Part shown: positions 26,726 through 36,844 of the stretch, piece after piece | How the letters are laid out: each line of letters begins with the position of its first letter | How positions within the stretch are numbered: position 1 is the first letter of the stretch | Assembly: GCA_040767805.1 (NCBI GenBank) | Contig: JAXGNU010000001.1 | Location: 207,059 to 271,058, forward strand | Direction of reading: 5' to 3' | Source: Thermovirgaceae bacterium | Lineage (GTDB): Bacteria > Synergistota > Synergistia > Synergistales > Thermovirgaceae | DNA length: 64,000 bases | Made by a program: the position numbers and the translations under genes | Notes under the pieces: generated by a model | Database searches by the model: none | Seen by the model: the letters and a program-made list of their open reading frames with translations, nothing else | Told to the model about the DNA's origin: nothing

Positions 26726-27265
26726 ATGGGACCAAAGGGACGTTATGTTGCCCTATTCCTTGCGGTTGTCGCCTTTTCCCTCTGGGCGAGGCCGTCCAAA
26801 GACGAAAGCGAACTCCCAGGGGATCACAAGGGGGGTGCTGTCGTGTCCCAGGAAAAAATAACCCGTTCCGAGGAAGAATGGAAGGCCCTCCTCACGCCCG
26901 AACAGTACAGGGTCACCAGGGAGGGCGGAACGGAACCGCCCTTTTCAGGTAAATATTACAACCACCGGGAGAAAGGAACCTACCTCTGCTCAAACTGCGG
27001 TAACGGCCTGTTCAGTTCGGGCTCAAAGTATGACTCCGGGAGCGGGTGGCCAAGCTTTTTCGAACCCCTGTCGCCCGAAAGCGTTTCGACCCGGGAGGAC
27101 CTGTCCCACGGAATGACCAGGGTGGAAGTGCTCTGCGCCAGGTGCGACGCGCACCTGGGCCACGTATTTCCCGATGGTCCTCCCCCGACGGGCCTGCGTT
27201 ACTGTATAAACTCCGTAGCCCTGGACTTCAGCCCCGCCCAGTCCTCTCGCCCTGATACGAACTAA
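26726..27265 (+). CDS. msrB: Peptide-methionine (R)-S-oxide reductase with N-terminal signal/anchor
   Basis: GTE.PF, CxxC twice, KYDSG.GWPSF, HLGHVF.DGP, RYCINS. Confidence 0.95.
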   Translation: MGPKGRYVALFLAVVAFSLWARPSKDESELPGDHKGGAVVSQEKITRSEEEWKALLTPEQYRVTREGGTEPPFSGKYYNHREKGTYLCSNCGNGLFSSGSKYDSGSGWPSFFEPLSPESVSTREDLSHGMTRVEVLCARCDAHLGHVFPDGPPPTGLRYCINSVALDFSPAQSSRPDTN

Positions 27266-27278
27266 GGCCGAGCTGAGA

Positions 27279-28490
27279 TCACTCCTCTACCTGTTCCATC
27301 TGGATGGAACCGGAGTAGATCAGGGCGATCTTCGCGCTTACGGGACCGATCAACTCGTACAAAAACGACGAGGATAATATTATCGCCAGTAGCATGTGGC
27401 CCGTGGCTTCCGGCAAGACCCTCTTGCCCAGGAAGGCCAGCCCTATAGCGACCCCGGCCTGCGGGATCAGGGCTAATCCAAGGTAGTTCCTCACATTCCT
27501 GGGGGTCTTCGCGATGAGGCAACCCAGGTAGGCACCGAAATATTTCCCCAGGATCCGGATAATGAAGTAGGAGGCGCCGATGACACCCATAGAACCCAGG
27601 GTGCTCAGGTCCAGGCTCATCCCCGACACGACGAAGAACAACGAAAAGATCGGCGGGCTCAGCCTGTCCAGATACTTGAACAACTCCCTGTCCTTCGCCA
27701 TATTTACATAGGTCGTCCCGAAGAGCATGCAGGACAGCAGGGGTGAAATGTCGACCGCCACGCACAGGCCGGCGATACCCAGCAACAGGGAAATGGTCAG
27801 AATGACACGATCGTCATCGCTACGCTTGGAAACCCTCAATTTGCTCAGTATGAACCCGCTTGCAAAACCGAGGGCGAGGGCGAGGGCGTTGAAAATAATG
27901 GGCATTACTATCTCGGAGATACAGACACCCGCCCCATCGCCGGCATTGACGATGGCCAAGGCTATGCTGAAGACGATAAGGCAGACGCCGTCGTCGAGGG
28001 CTACCACCTGCAGGAGGATATTCACGAAATTACCTCTGGCATGGTACTGGCGGATCGTTACCGTCGTGCTGGCAGGGGCCGTCGCGGTCCCTATCGCTCC
28101 CAAAAGCAGGCTGAAGTCCCAATCCAGGTGAAAAAGGTAGTGCAGGGACAGGGTCACGATAACCCCGGCGAGAAGCGACTCCATCAGGGTGATCGTGATC
28201 ACTCCGAAGCCGGTTTCCCTGAAAACTTCTTTTCGGAAGAAACGACCTACCCCGAAGGCGATGAAGGCCAGGGCGATATCGCTGATAAACCCCATGTCCT
28301 CGATCATCCTTGGTGGGACCAGTTTCAGGATATGGGGGCCTATCAGGATCCCCGCGATAATGTAGCCCGTGACATCGGGCAGCTTCGCCAGCTTGGTGAG
28401 GCGCGTCAGCAGAAAGCCGGCAAGCAGTACCACCGACAGGGAAATCAGTATTTCCATCGTGTGGCTTGATCTGCACAGAAGATCCGCCAT
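27279..28490 (-). CDS. Cation:proton antiporter (CPA2 family)
   Basis: LP.VTGY..AG..IGP, ATAPA, VALDD, PQAGVAIGLA; multi-TM. Confidence 0.87.
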   Translation of the reverse strand: MADLLCRSSHTMEILISLSVVLLAGFLLTRLTKLAKLPDVTGYIIAGILIGPHILKLVPPRMIEDMGFISDIALAFIAFGVGRFFRKEVFRETGFGVITITLMESLLAGVIVTLSLHYLFHLDWDFSLLLGAIGTATAPASTTVTIRQYHARGNFVNILLQVVALDDGVCLIVFSIALAIVNAGDGAGVCISEIVMPIIFNALALALGFASGFILSKLRVSKRSDDDRVILTISLLLGIAGLCVAVDISPLLSCMLFGTTYVNMAKDRELFKYLDRLSPPIFSLFFVVSGMSLDLSTLGSMGVIGASYFIIRILGKYFGAYLGCLIAKTPRNVRNYLGLALIPQAGVAIGLAFLGKRVLPEATGHMLLAIILSSSFLYELIGPVSAKIALIYSGSIQMEQVEE

Positions 28491-28690
28491 CTCTTACACT
28501 CCAAAAACAGGATGCCCCGAAAATTTCCCCGGCGGCCGCGTCGCTTGAAGCAGGGAGCGAAAAAAGCGGAATAAATGAATCATAACAAAAACGCTTCCTA
28601 ACCGCCGCGTCGCCGGGGTCCTCTCCCAAGTCCTACGGCAAGGCCGTTGCCTTCTTAATTTAGTTAGGCTATCATTCTAATCGCAAAACT

Positions 28691-28707
28691 AATAAGTCTT
28701 TTTTATT
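28691..28707. promoter_or_regulatory. LysR-type T-N11-A box (AATAA-N7-TTATT) in the divergent antiporter/lysR intergenic region
   Basis: Perfect 5-bp dyad in an AT-rich stretch. Confidence 0.55.
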
Positions 28708-28735
28708 GTTTCTAGTTTTTTTATAAATATTCATT

Positions 28736-29650
28736 ATGCTAGAGGTGAGAAAGATGATCGACCCGAAACTTTACTCCCTGTTAGCGGTGGTCGAATTCGG
28801 CAATTACACCCGGGCGGCGGAGCATCTCTCACTGACCCAGCCCGCCGTGACCCATCACATGAAGCAACTGGAAATAGAGCTGGACATCAGGATCTTCAAT
28901 CGTATCGGCAACAGGATAAAGCCGACCACCGAAGGGGAGATCCTCATCGGTTACGCCCGTCGGAGCATCGCCCTGTACGAGGCGATGAACCAGGGCATCC
29001 TCGATGAGAAAAGGCACTTCCGCCGACTCACGGTGGGGATCACGCCCACCGCCGAGAGCAACGCCGTCGCCGAGGTTTTGGGCGAATACAGCGCCAGGAA
29101 TCCAGGAACGAAAATAACGATCATTACGGATTACATAAACAATCTTTATAATATGCTCAAGAATTACGAGGTGGACCTGGTCGTTTCGGAGGGTAAGGTC
29201 CAGGACGAAAGCATCAACTCGCTTTTGCTGGATACCGATTCCCTGGTGCTGGTCCTGTCCAACAACCACCCCCTGGCCAGGAAAAACATGATAACCGTGA
29301 AGGAATTGAAGGAACTCCCCCTGATCCTCCGAGCCCATCCTCCGATACCAGGAGCCTTTTCAGGGCGCACCTGAAAGTCACAACATGTCCCTCGAAGACT
29401 TCAACGTCATCTTGGAAATAGACAATATAGGGACCATCAAGAACCTGGTAAGGCGCGAGATAGGGGTCTCGATACCCGCGCAGCGTGTGCCTCGACGAGC
29501 TCAAGAAGGAGCCTTTCAGTATTGCCCATAGAGAACCTGAGCATGGTCCGGGAGATCAACATACTGTATCACCGCGACTTCAGGCATGAGGACCTGTTGC
29601 AGAATATCCCGAAGGAATATAACAAGGCGATAAGGAATTACTCGGCTTGA
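28736..29650 (+). pseudogene. LysR-family regulator, frameshifted in the C-terminal effector domain
   Basis: Intact HTH (NYTRAAEHLSLTQPAVT); ORF stops at 29374, but LysR-like segments continue in other frames (PSSDTRSLF, FNVILEIDNIGTIKNLV..IGVSI, CLDELKK, LPIENLSMVREINILY) to TGA at 29650; four frame changes. Confidence 0.85.
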
Positions 29651-29760
29651 TACCAGGGCCCCGGTCCGTTCGGGAGAGTCCAAGACAGTGTGACCGCCGC
29701 ACTTCTCATGATAGAGGGGTGACATTACCCCTGTCCGGCCACAATGTTTCATTAAGAGCC

Positions 29761-29790
29761 TTGACGCTTCTCAATCGCTTCACGTAAAAT
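29761..29790 (+). promoter_or_regulatory. Candidate sigma70 promoter for LIV-type ABC operon 1
   Basis: TTGACG, 18-bp spacer, TAAAAT. Confidence 0.55.
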
Positions 29791-29863
29791 CAAGGGGCGG
29801 GCGAAATTTTGAACAAATAAGTCCTTGCGGTCACGGGGACATCATCAAGAAGGAGGAGTCGAA

Positions 29864-31135
29864 ATGGGGAAGAGCTTTTTCGGTAAGTGTCTGCTTCTTG
29901 TTCTTGCGGCGCTCCTTGTCGTGGGTACCCTGTCCGGGGTCGCCGTCGCCGAGGAGAAGGTGATCAAGATCGGGACCCTTTTCCCTCTCACCGGTTCGGT
30001 GGCCCTTGCAGGCCAGCGGTGCCGCGCTGCCGTTGAGACCGCCGCGGAGGTCATCAACAACGCCCACCCCGAACTGAAGGTACCCTTGGCGGAAAAAGCG
30101 GGCCTTTTGGACGGCTACAAGATCGTCCTCATCCATGCTGATCACCAGGGCAAACCCGATGTGGCGAAGTCCGAAGCCGAACGCCTTTTCGACCAGGAGA
30201 AGGTTTGGACCATCATCGGGTGCTACAACAGCGCCTGCACAAAACCCGCCAGTTTCGTGGCCGAACTGAAACAGAAGGTCTTCATGTGCGGGTGCTCCAG
30301 CTCCGGCGCCCTGACGGAGCGCGACTTCAAGTACTTCTTCCGTATGGCCCCCACGGACAAGACGGAGTCCCTCGAGTTCGTCGAGTTCATCGAATATGTC
30401 AACGAGAAGAAAAATGCCGGCGTTAAGACCGTCGGTTTGATCTACGAGAACACCGAGTTCGGCAAACACGCCGCCGAGGAAGGCCGCATGGCCGCCGAAG
30501 CCGGCGGCTTCAAGGTCGTTGCCGATGTCGCTTTCAACCCCGGCGCGACCAACCTCAACAGCGAAGTCCAGACCCTCAAGGCCGCCAACCCTGACGCGGT
30601 TTTCGGAGCTTGCCTAGGCGGGGACTACACCCTCTGGGTCCGCACCATGAAGCAGATGGATTGGCTCCCGAAGGTCGCCCTCAACTACTGCACGGGTTAC
30701 CAGGACCCCATCATCACCGGCCAACTCGGTGACGACGCCAACTACTTCATGGGCGGCACCGGCTACGCCCCCGAGTTCGCTGAACTGATGCCGGCCGTCG
30801 CGGCGGTCGAGGAAATCTACAAGGCCAAGACCGACCCCAGCGTCCCCTTTGACAGCGATTCGATCCAGGAAGCGGTGGCCCTCTTCATCGTCGCCCAGGC
30901 TATCGAGAAATCCGGGAGCCTCGATCCCACGGTCGTGGCCGAGACCCTTTACGCCAACGAGTGGGAGTCCCCCCTATCCATGGGCGGCAAGGTGGCCTTC
31001 TCGCCCGGCGGGCAGAACGTCAAGGCCATGAGCATGCTCACCCAGCTCCAGGGCGGGGAATACAAGAGGATCTACCCTCTGGAACTCGCCGATACGGAAC
31101 CGGTCATCCCCATGGTCCCCTGGAAAGATCGCTAG
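29864..31135 (+). CDS. LIV-family ABC transporter substrate-binding protein (system 1)
   Basis: AAGGAGG RBS, signal peptide, IKIG.LFPLTG, ENTEFG. Confidence 0.9.
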   Translation: MGKSFFGKCLLLVLAALLVVGTLSGVAVAEEKVIKIGTLFPLTGSVALAGQRCRAAVETAAEVINNAHPELKVPLAEKAGLLDGYKIVLIHADHQGKPDVAKSEAERLFDQEKVWTIIGCYNSACTKPASFVAELKQKVFMCGCSSSGALTERDFKYFFRMAPTDKTESLEFVEFIEYVNEKKNAGVKTVGLIYENTEFGKHAAEEGRMAAEAGGFKVVADVAFNPGATNLNSEVQTLKAANPDAVFGACLGGDYTLWVRTMKQMDWLPKVALNYCTGYQDPIITGQLGDDANYFMGGTGYAPEFAELMPAVAAVEEIYKAKTDPSVPFDSDSIQEAVALFIVAQAIEKSGSLDPTVVAETLYANEWESPLSMGGKVAFSPGGQNVKAMSMLTQLQGGEYKRIYPLELADTEPVIPMVPWKDR

Positions 31136-31211
31136 TCAACGCCGGGTACCCGGTTCAAAGCACCTGAATCGGGTACCGATTCGTTACGGCATCACCAAAA
31201 GCGGATCTTTC

Positions 31212-31250
31212 AGAGAGGCAGCAGGGGGTTCTCTGTTGCCTCTCTTGTTT
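31212..31250 (+). terminator. Long hairpin/terminator after the binding-protein gene
   Basis: 15-bp stem AGAGAGGCAGCAGGG/CTCTGTTGCCTCTCT followed by TGTTT. Confidence 0.65.
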
Positions 31251-31309
31251 CGCCGGTTCGCTTGGCTGGAGTACCAGGCAACAACTGATGAACTGGGGGT
31301 GTACCCTTT

Positions 31310-32170
31310 ATGGCCACGTTTCTCCAAGTCGCCTTCGACGGACTGCTGAACGGGCTACTTTACGCGCTTGTGGCGGCGGGCCTGAGCCTCATCTGGGGCG
31401 TCATGGACGTCATCAACTTCGCCCATGGCGAGTTTCTCATGGTCGCTATGTACCTCAGTTACTGGCTGGGCTTTATCTGGAAGGTCGATCCCCTGGTCTC
31501 CTCCATAGCGGGGGGGGCCTTTGTTTTTATCCTCGGGGCTCTTACCTACAGGCTCGTCATAAGCAGGACCATAGGCAAGTCCGCCATGTCCGCCCTCCTG
31601 GCGACCTTCGGGCTTTCCATGCTCCTCAAAAACGTATGCCTCAACCGTTTCTCGCCCAACTTCAGGATCCTGCAGCACACTCTGCTGGGAGCGAAAACCT
31701 TCAGCCTGTCGGGCATCATCATTCCGCTGCCCCAACTGGTCATCGGCCTCGTCGCCCTGGCCCTTTTGTACCTGATATACCTGCTCGTCAAGAAGACGCG
31801 CCTGGGATGGGCTATCCAGGCGACGGCGATGGACAAGGAAGCGGCCGAATTGATGGGTATAAACACTGAAAGGATCTACCTGCTCGTCTTCGGCCTGGGC
31901 GGGGCCTGCGTCGGGATAGCGGGAGGCCTGCTGCCGTCCTACCTCGCGGTCCACCCTGAAGTGGGAGGGCTTTTCAGCCTCATCGCCTTCGTCTGTGTCG
32001 CCATGGGGGGGTTCGGCAGCATTCCCGGGGCCCTACTGGCTTCGCTCCTGATCGGCCTCGTGGAAGCCTTCGCGGGTTTTTACATCGCGCCGGTCTTCAA
32101 GTATGTCGCCGTATTCGGGCTCTACCTGGTGGTCGTGATGGTCAGGCCCCGGGGACTCTTCGGATGGTGA
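31310..32170 (+). CDS. LIV-family ABC permease (LivH-like, system 1)
   Basis: GL.LIWGVM.VINFAHGE, GG.GSIPGA, RP.GLFG. Confidence 0.9.
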   Translation: MATFLQVAFDGLLNGLLYALVAAGLSLIWGVMDVINFAHGEFLMVAMYLSYWLGFIWKVDPLVSSIAGGAFVFILGALTYRLVISRTIGKSAMSALLATFGLSMLLKNVCLNRFSPNFRILQHTLLGAKTFSLSGIIIPLPQLVIGLVALALLYLIYLLVKKTRLGWAIQATAMDKEAAELMGINTERIYLLVFGLGGACVGIAGGLLPSYLAVHPEVGGLFSLIAFVCVAMGGFGSIPGALLASLLIGLVEAFAGFYIAPVFKYVAVFGLYLVVVMVRPRGLFGW

Positions 32171-33177
32171 CGGCCATGACCCTAACTGGGAAAAGGACGA
32201 AGAGGGACCTGTTTTGGCTGGGGCTCCTGGCCCTTTTCGCTGTGATCCCGTTGACGCCCTGGTTTACCCGCAGCACCTTCACGCAGCACGTGATGATCCA
32301 GGTGCTCCTATACGCGAGCATGGCCCAGGCCTGGAATATCCTGGGCGGTTATTGCGGCCAGGTTTCCTTCGGGCATTCCGTTTTCTTCGGCATAGGCGCC
32401 TATGGTACCGCCATGACTGTCGTGAAATTCGGCCTCATCCCATGGCCGGGCATCCTGGCCGGCGCGGTGATCGCAGCCGCCGTGGCCGTGGCAATAAGCT
32501 ACCCCTGCTTCAAACTCAAGGGCCATTATTTCGCCATTGCGACCTTCGCGATAGTCGAGATTTTCAACCGCCTGTTCATGGTCTGGTACTGGGTCGGGGG
32601 TGCCTTGGGGCTCGATTATGGATTCACCCAGCCGGGATGGAAGAATTTCGTATGGTACCAGACCAAGGATTGCTGCTTTTACGGCGTCCTTCTTCTCTTC
32701 ATCCTCGTCTTCGGCATCGTCCGCTGGATAGAGAAGCACCGCTTCGGTTTTTACTTGAGGGCCGTAAGGGAGGGACAGGACACGGCGGAATCGCTCGGCG
32801 TCGACAGCACCAGGGTGAAGCTATCGGCCATGGCACTTTCGGCCTTCCTGGCCGCCCTTTGCGGGGCTTTCTTCGCCCAGTACAACTACCGCGTGGACCC
32901 GCCGATGGTCATGTCCCTCGACATGTCGATGAAGTTCGTGCTCATCACGATCCTCGGCGGCCTGGGTACCTTTTACGGACCCCTCCTGGGGGCCGCTCTC
33001 CTTATCCCCCTGCAGGAGTACACCCGGGCGTACCTCGGCGGTATCGGAGGAGGCGTGGACCTGATCATTTTCGGCCTCCTCATCATTATCGTGGTCGTCT
33101 ACCAGCCCAAGGGTATTATGGGTATTCTTGACCGGGTTTTCGTGAGGTTCAGACGGTCAAGGGAAGGGGGGAAGTAG
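32164..33177 (+). CDS. LIV-family ABC permease (LivM-like, system 1)
   Basis: WNILGGY.GQVSFGH..FFGIGAY, L.G.YFAI.T, GG.GT..GP. Confidence 0.9.
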   Translation: MVTAMTLTGKRTKRDLFWLGLLALFAVIPLTPWFTRSTFTQHVMIQVLLYASMAQAWNILGGYCGQVSFGHSVFFGIGAYGTAMTVVKFGLIPWPGILAGAVIAAAVAVAISYPCFKLKGHYFAIATFAIVEIFNRLFMVWYWVGGALGLDYGFTQPGWKNFVWYQTKDCCFYGVLLLFILVFGIVRWIEKHRFGFYLRAVREGQDTAESLGVDSTRVKLSAMALSAFLAALCGAFFAQYNYRVDPPMVMSLDMSMKFVLITILGGLGTFYGPLLGAALLIPLQEYTRAYLGGIGGGVDLIIFGLLIIIVVVYQPKGIMGILDRVFVRFRRSREGGK

Positions 33178-33178
33178 C

Positions 33179-33937
33179 ATGGCCCTTCTTGAAGTGCGCA
33201 ACCTGACAATGAAGTTCGGCTCCCTGGTGGCTTGCAACGATGTCTCCTTCGACGTTGAGAAGGGATCCGTCGTCGGGCTCATTGGGCCCAACGGCGCGGG
33301 CAAGACGACCCTTTTCAACTGCGTGTCGGGTTTTTACAAGCCCACATCGGGCAGGATGTTCTTCGACGGCCGTGAGGTCACCAACCTGCCGGCCCACGAG
33401 GTGGCCCGCCGCGGGGCCGTAAGGACCTTCCAGGTGGTTCGCCCGTTGAAAGAAATGACCGTCATGGACAACGTCCTCGTCGGGGCTTTCCTGCGGGGAG
33501 CCGATGCCGATACGGCCCGGGAGGTCGCGGGGGAATGCCTTCACCTTTGCCGCCTGGAGGAAATGGCCGATAACCTGGCTGGGGGGCTCCCCACCGGCTA
33601 CAAAAAGAGGCTCGAAATGGCCCGGGCCCTCGCCACCAAGCCGAGCCTGCTCATGCTCGATGAGGCGATGGCCGGGTTGACTACGACGGAGATCAAGGAA
33701 TCGATCGAAATAATAAAGGGCTTGAAAAAAGGAGGTATTACCCTTCTCGTGGTCGAGCACATCATGGAAGCGGTCATGTCCATCGCCGACAAGGTGGTCG
33801 TCCTGGACAGCGGTGTGAAGATCGCCGAAGGCACCCCCCAGCAGATAGTGGAGGACGAGAAGGTCATAACGGCCTACCTTGGTGCCAAGTTCACCGAGAG
33901 GATGAAGCGAACGGGAGGGGTGACGAGAAATGACTGA
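33179..33937 (+). CDS. LIV-family ABC ATP-binding protein (LivG-like, system 1)
   Basis: GPNGAGKTT, RTFQ, LLMLDE, VEH, AYLG. Confidence 0.92.
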   Translation: MALLEVRNLTMKFGSLVACNDVSFDVEKGSVVGLIGPNGAGKTTLFNCVSGFYKPTSGRMFFDGREVTNLPAHEVARRGAVRTFQVVRPLKEMTVMDNVLVGAFLRGADADTAREVAGECLHLCRLEEMADNLAGGLPTGYKKRLEMARALATKPSLLMLDEAMAGLTTTEIKESIEIIKGLKKGGITLLVVEHIMEAVMSIADKVVVLDSGVKIAEGTPQQIVEDEKVITAYLGAKFTERMKRTGGVTRND

Positions 33938-34646
33938 CCCTATCCTGAGAGTCCAGGGCTTTCATTCCGGGTACGACGGCGTTCCGGTCATACACGGGAT
34001 AGACCTCGAGGTGGCCGAGGGCGAACTGGTGGCCATCGTCGGCGCCAACGGCGCGGGCAAGACCACCACCATGAGGACCATCGCCGGGCTGATGCATCCC
34101 TTCAAGGGGTGCGTGCTCTTCGAGGGCGAGGACATCTCCCGGAAAAAAGCCCACGAGACAAACCGCATGGGTATAAGTTACGTCCCGGAAGGAAGGCGGC
34201 TTTTCCCGAAACTGACCATCAAGGAGAACCTGGAACTAGGTGCTTTCACCAAGACCGACCGGGAGGAGATCGAGCGAAACCTTGAGCAGGTCTTCGATCT
34301 TTTCCCCAAACTGTTCGATCGCCGAAGCCAGATCGCCGAGACCCTGAGCGGAGGCGAGCAACAAATGGTGGCCATCGCCAGGGGGCTTATGTCAAACCCC
34401 CGCCTGCTCCTTCTGGATGAACTCTCCCTGGGGCTCATGCCCTCCCTCGTGGAAAAAGTCATGGAGGCGGTAGTGTCCATCAACCGGTCCGGTGTGACCA
34501 TCCTCCTGGTAGAACAGATGGTGCAGGAAGCCCTGGAAATCGCCGACAGGGGGTACGTCCTCCAGACCGGGAAGATCGTCCAGCAGGGGACGGCCAGGGA
34601 ACTGCTGGACTCCCCCGAGGTCCGCAAGGCTTACATGGGGATGTGA
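33930..34646 (+). CDS. LIV-family ABC ATP-binding protein (LivF-like, system 1)
   Basis: GANGAGKTT, VPEGRRLF, LSGGEQQM, LLLDE, VEQ. Confidence 0.92.
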   Translation: MTDPILRVQGFHSGYDGVPVIHGIDLEVAEGELVAIVGANGAGKTTTMRTIAGLMHPFKGCVLFEGEDISRKKAHETNRMGISYVPEGRRLFPKLTIKENLELGAFTKTDREEIERNLEQVFDLFPKLFDRRSQIAETLSGGEQQMVAIARGLMSNPRLLLLDELSLGLMPSLVEKVMEAVVSINRSGVTILLVEQMVQEALEIADRGYVLQTGKIVQQGTARELLDSPEVRKAYMGM

Positions 34647-34744
34647 CCCTGTGATCCGGACGACCTCGCGCACCGGGGTACCACGGCCCTTGGCGGTCGG
34701 CGCAACCCAAGACCGCCGAGGGCCTTAAGCGGAGGTGATACGGA

Positions 34745-35329
34745 ATGGAAGGCAACGCGCAGGTCTACATCGAACTTGAGGGCATTACGCCCAAGATATG
34801 GAGAAGGTTCGTCGTCCCCTCCTCCATCACCCTCGACCGGTTGAGCGATGTGATCCAGATCGTCATGGGCTGGTCGGGAGAGCACATGCACCTTTTCTCG
34901 ATAAAGGGAAGGCAATACATGGACTTGCCCGAAGATGAACCGGAGGCTCACGAGGAAGGTCTCTTCAGGCTTGGGTCGTTGGTCTCCCCGAAGGACGGCG
35001 CCTTCACCTACACCTACGACCTGGGGGACAACTGGACCCACCTGGTGAAAGTGGAAAAGATGGGCCTGGAAGACGATGAGGAATGGGGGAACCTTTTCTG
35101 CGTCGACGGGGAGGGGACATGCCCCCCGGATGACCTGGGCGGAGTTCCCGGTTTCCTGGAATTCCGCCGGGCCATGGCCGACAGGGAGGACTCCCAGCAT
35201 GAAGTCTTCCGTGACTGGTACGGGGAGGAGTTCGACCCCGACGCCTTCGACCAGCTAGAGGTCAACATTACACTGCTCTTCTTTATCCGTTGGTCCAGGG
35301 AACGCTTGTTGCCCTGGGAGGAGGACTGA
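34745..35329 (+). CDS. Plasmid pRiA4b ORF-3 family protein
   Basis: P.IWRR..VP, L..VIQ..MGW...H.H.F, Y.YD.GDNW.H, CPP.D.GG..G. Confidence 0.85.
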   Translation: MEGNAQVYIELEGITPKIWRRFVVPSSITLDRLSDVIQIVMGWSGEHMHLFSIKGRQYMDLPEDEPEAHEEGLFRLGSLVSPKDGAFTYTYDLGDNWTHLVKVEKMGLEDDEEWGNLFCVDGEGTCPPDDLGGVPGFLEFRRAMADREDSQHEVFRDWYGEEFDPDAFDQLEVNITLLFFIRWSRERLLPWEED

Positions 35330-35333
35330 CCCC

Positions 35334-35909
35334 CTAGGAGAATTCGAGGTCCCATCGCTCCTCGGTGATATCCCTTCCCCATAAGAAGTGGGTCTTCGTC
35401 TCGGTAAGCCTGAAACCGAAGACCTGGTAAAGATGCCTTGCCGCATGCAGTTCACTGACCGTCCAAAGGAAAACCCTTTCATGACCGCGATCCCGGGAGT
35501 ATTCAAGGGCCGTATCCATGAGGGCCCTGCCCAGGCCAAGACCCCTGAAGGCCGGCTCCAGGAGGAACCACCTCAACTGTCCTACGGCGGCCGAGGTCTC
35601 GACGACAGCGATGGAACCGACCACGTTGCCCCCGCAATCGGCGACCCACACTTCTCCCTTCCCGCCCAGGTCGTGGAGGAACTGGGCCATCCCCGCCAGG
35701 AGATAGTATTCGAAGGTTTCGTCGAAACCGTACTCTTCCTTGTAGAGGACACAGTGCCTCCAGGATACCAGGCCCAGCTCACCCGACCTGTAGGGCCGCA
35801 GGAAGACCCTCCCCGCGTCGCCCTTTCCCCGGATGCCGTCGAGGCATTCGATTATCTGCCTTCGCCTCTCGGTTGAAAGGCTTTCCAGTAATATTTCCCG
35901 AACATTCAT
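35334..35909 (-). CDS. GNAT-family N-acetyltransferase
   Basis: LRWFL..P..RG.GLG..L, LWT...L.AA..LY...GF. Confidence 0.88.
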   Translation of the reverse strand: MNVREILLESLSTERRRQIIECLDGIRGKGDAGRVFLRPYRSGELGLVSWRHCVLYKEEYGFDETFEYYLLAGMAQFLHDLGGKGEVWVADCGGNVVGSIAVVETSAAVGQLRWFLLEPAFRGLGLGRALMDTALEYSRDRGHERVFLWTVSELHAARHLYQVFGFRLTETKTHFLWGRDITEERWDLEFS

Positions 35910-36099
35910 CGGTCCGCCCCCCTTCGGATCCTTCGCCCACCCTTCAGACCTTTTTTCGGCTCAAGGTTATACCAGGACCTCTTTCCTTTCCACCCCGGGG
36001 GACTTTCTGATTTACGCCGCCTTACCTTCCGTGTTATCCTGACCCTGTGACGGCGCGACCTCCAGGATCCACAATCTGCCGAAGGACAGGGGTATCTTT

Positions 36100-36750
36100 A
36101 TGAAGAGTTTTTACAAGCGTTTTGCCAGTCTCATCTTCGGCTTGTTCCTCTACGCGCTCGGGATAGCAATAACAATGAAGGCCAACCTGGGCTACGCCCC
36201 ATGGGACGTTTTCCATCAAGGCATCTCGAACATGACGGGGATAACCATAGGCAGCGCCAGCATCCTCATTGGGCTCATCATTTGTGTGATGGTGGCGCTG
36301 GCGGGTGAAAAACTCGGGTTGGGGACGATACTCAACATGATCCTCATCGGCTTTTTCCTCGACCTGATCCTCGTCCTGGGTAAAATCCCCTTGATGAAGA
36401 GTTTCCTTCCCGGGGTGGCCATGATGATCTCCGGGCTTTTCGTCATCTCCATCGCCACCTACTTTTACCTGGGTTCCGGTTTCGGGGCGGGTCCACGGGA
36501 CGGCCTCATGGTGGTCCTGGAAAGGAAAACCGGGTTGCCCGTCGGGCTTTGCAGGGCTATCCTGGAGTCCATGGTGGTGTTTTTGGGTTGGTTGATGGGT
36601 GGTCCCGTGGGCCTGGGGACGGCCTTCGCGGCTTTCGGGATAGGTTTCTGCATCCAGATCACCTTCACCCTTTTCAGGTTCCGTGCTACCGAGGTCAGGC
36701 ACGAAACGATCAGGGAAACGCTGCGGGATTACAGGCTCGGCCATCGATAA
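36100..36750 (+). CDS. YczE/YyaS/YitT-family membrane protein
   Basis: A.LG..PWD...QG, G.GP.DGLM, GG.VG.GT. Confidence 0.85.
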   Translation: MKSFYKRFASLIFGLFLYALGIAITMKANLGYAPWDVFHQGISNMTGITIGSASILIGLIICVMVALAGEKLGLGTILNMILIGFFLDLILVLGKIPLMKSFLPGVAMMISGLFVISIATYFYLGSGFGAGPRDGLMVVLERKTGLPVGLCRAILESMVVFLGWLMGGPVGLGTAFAAFGIGFCIQITFTLFRFRATEVRHETIRETLRDYRLGHR

Positions 36751-36844
36751 CGGGAAAACCACGCCCCGTTCAGGGGTGGGAGGTTCACCCCCCAGGAGGG
36801 GATTCACCCGGGGGGTTGGAACTTGGAGTTGGGGCGATAAGAGC

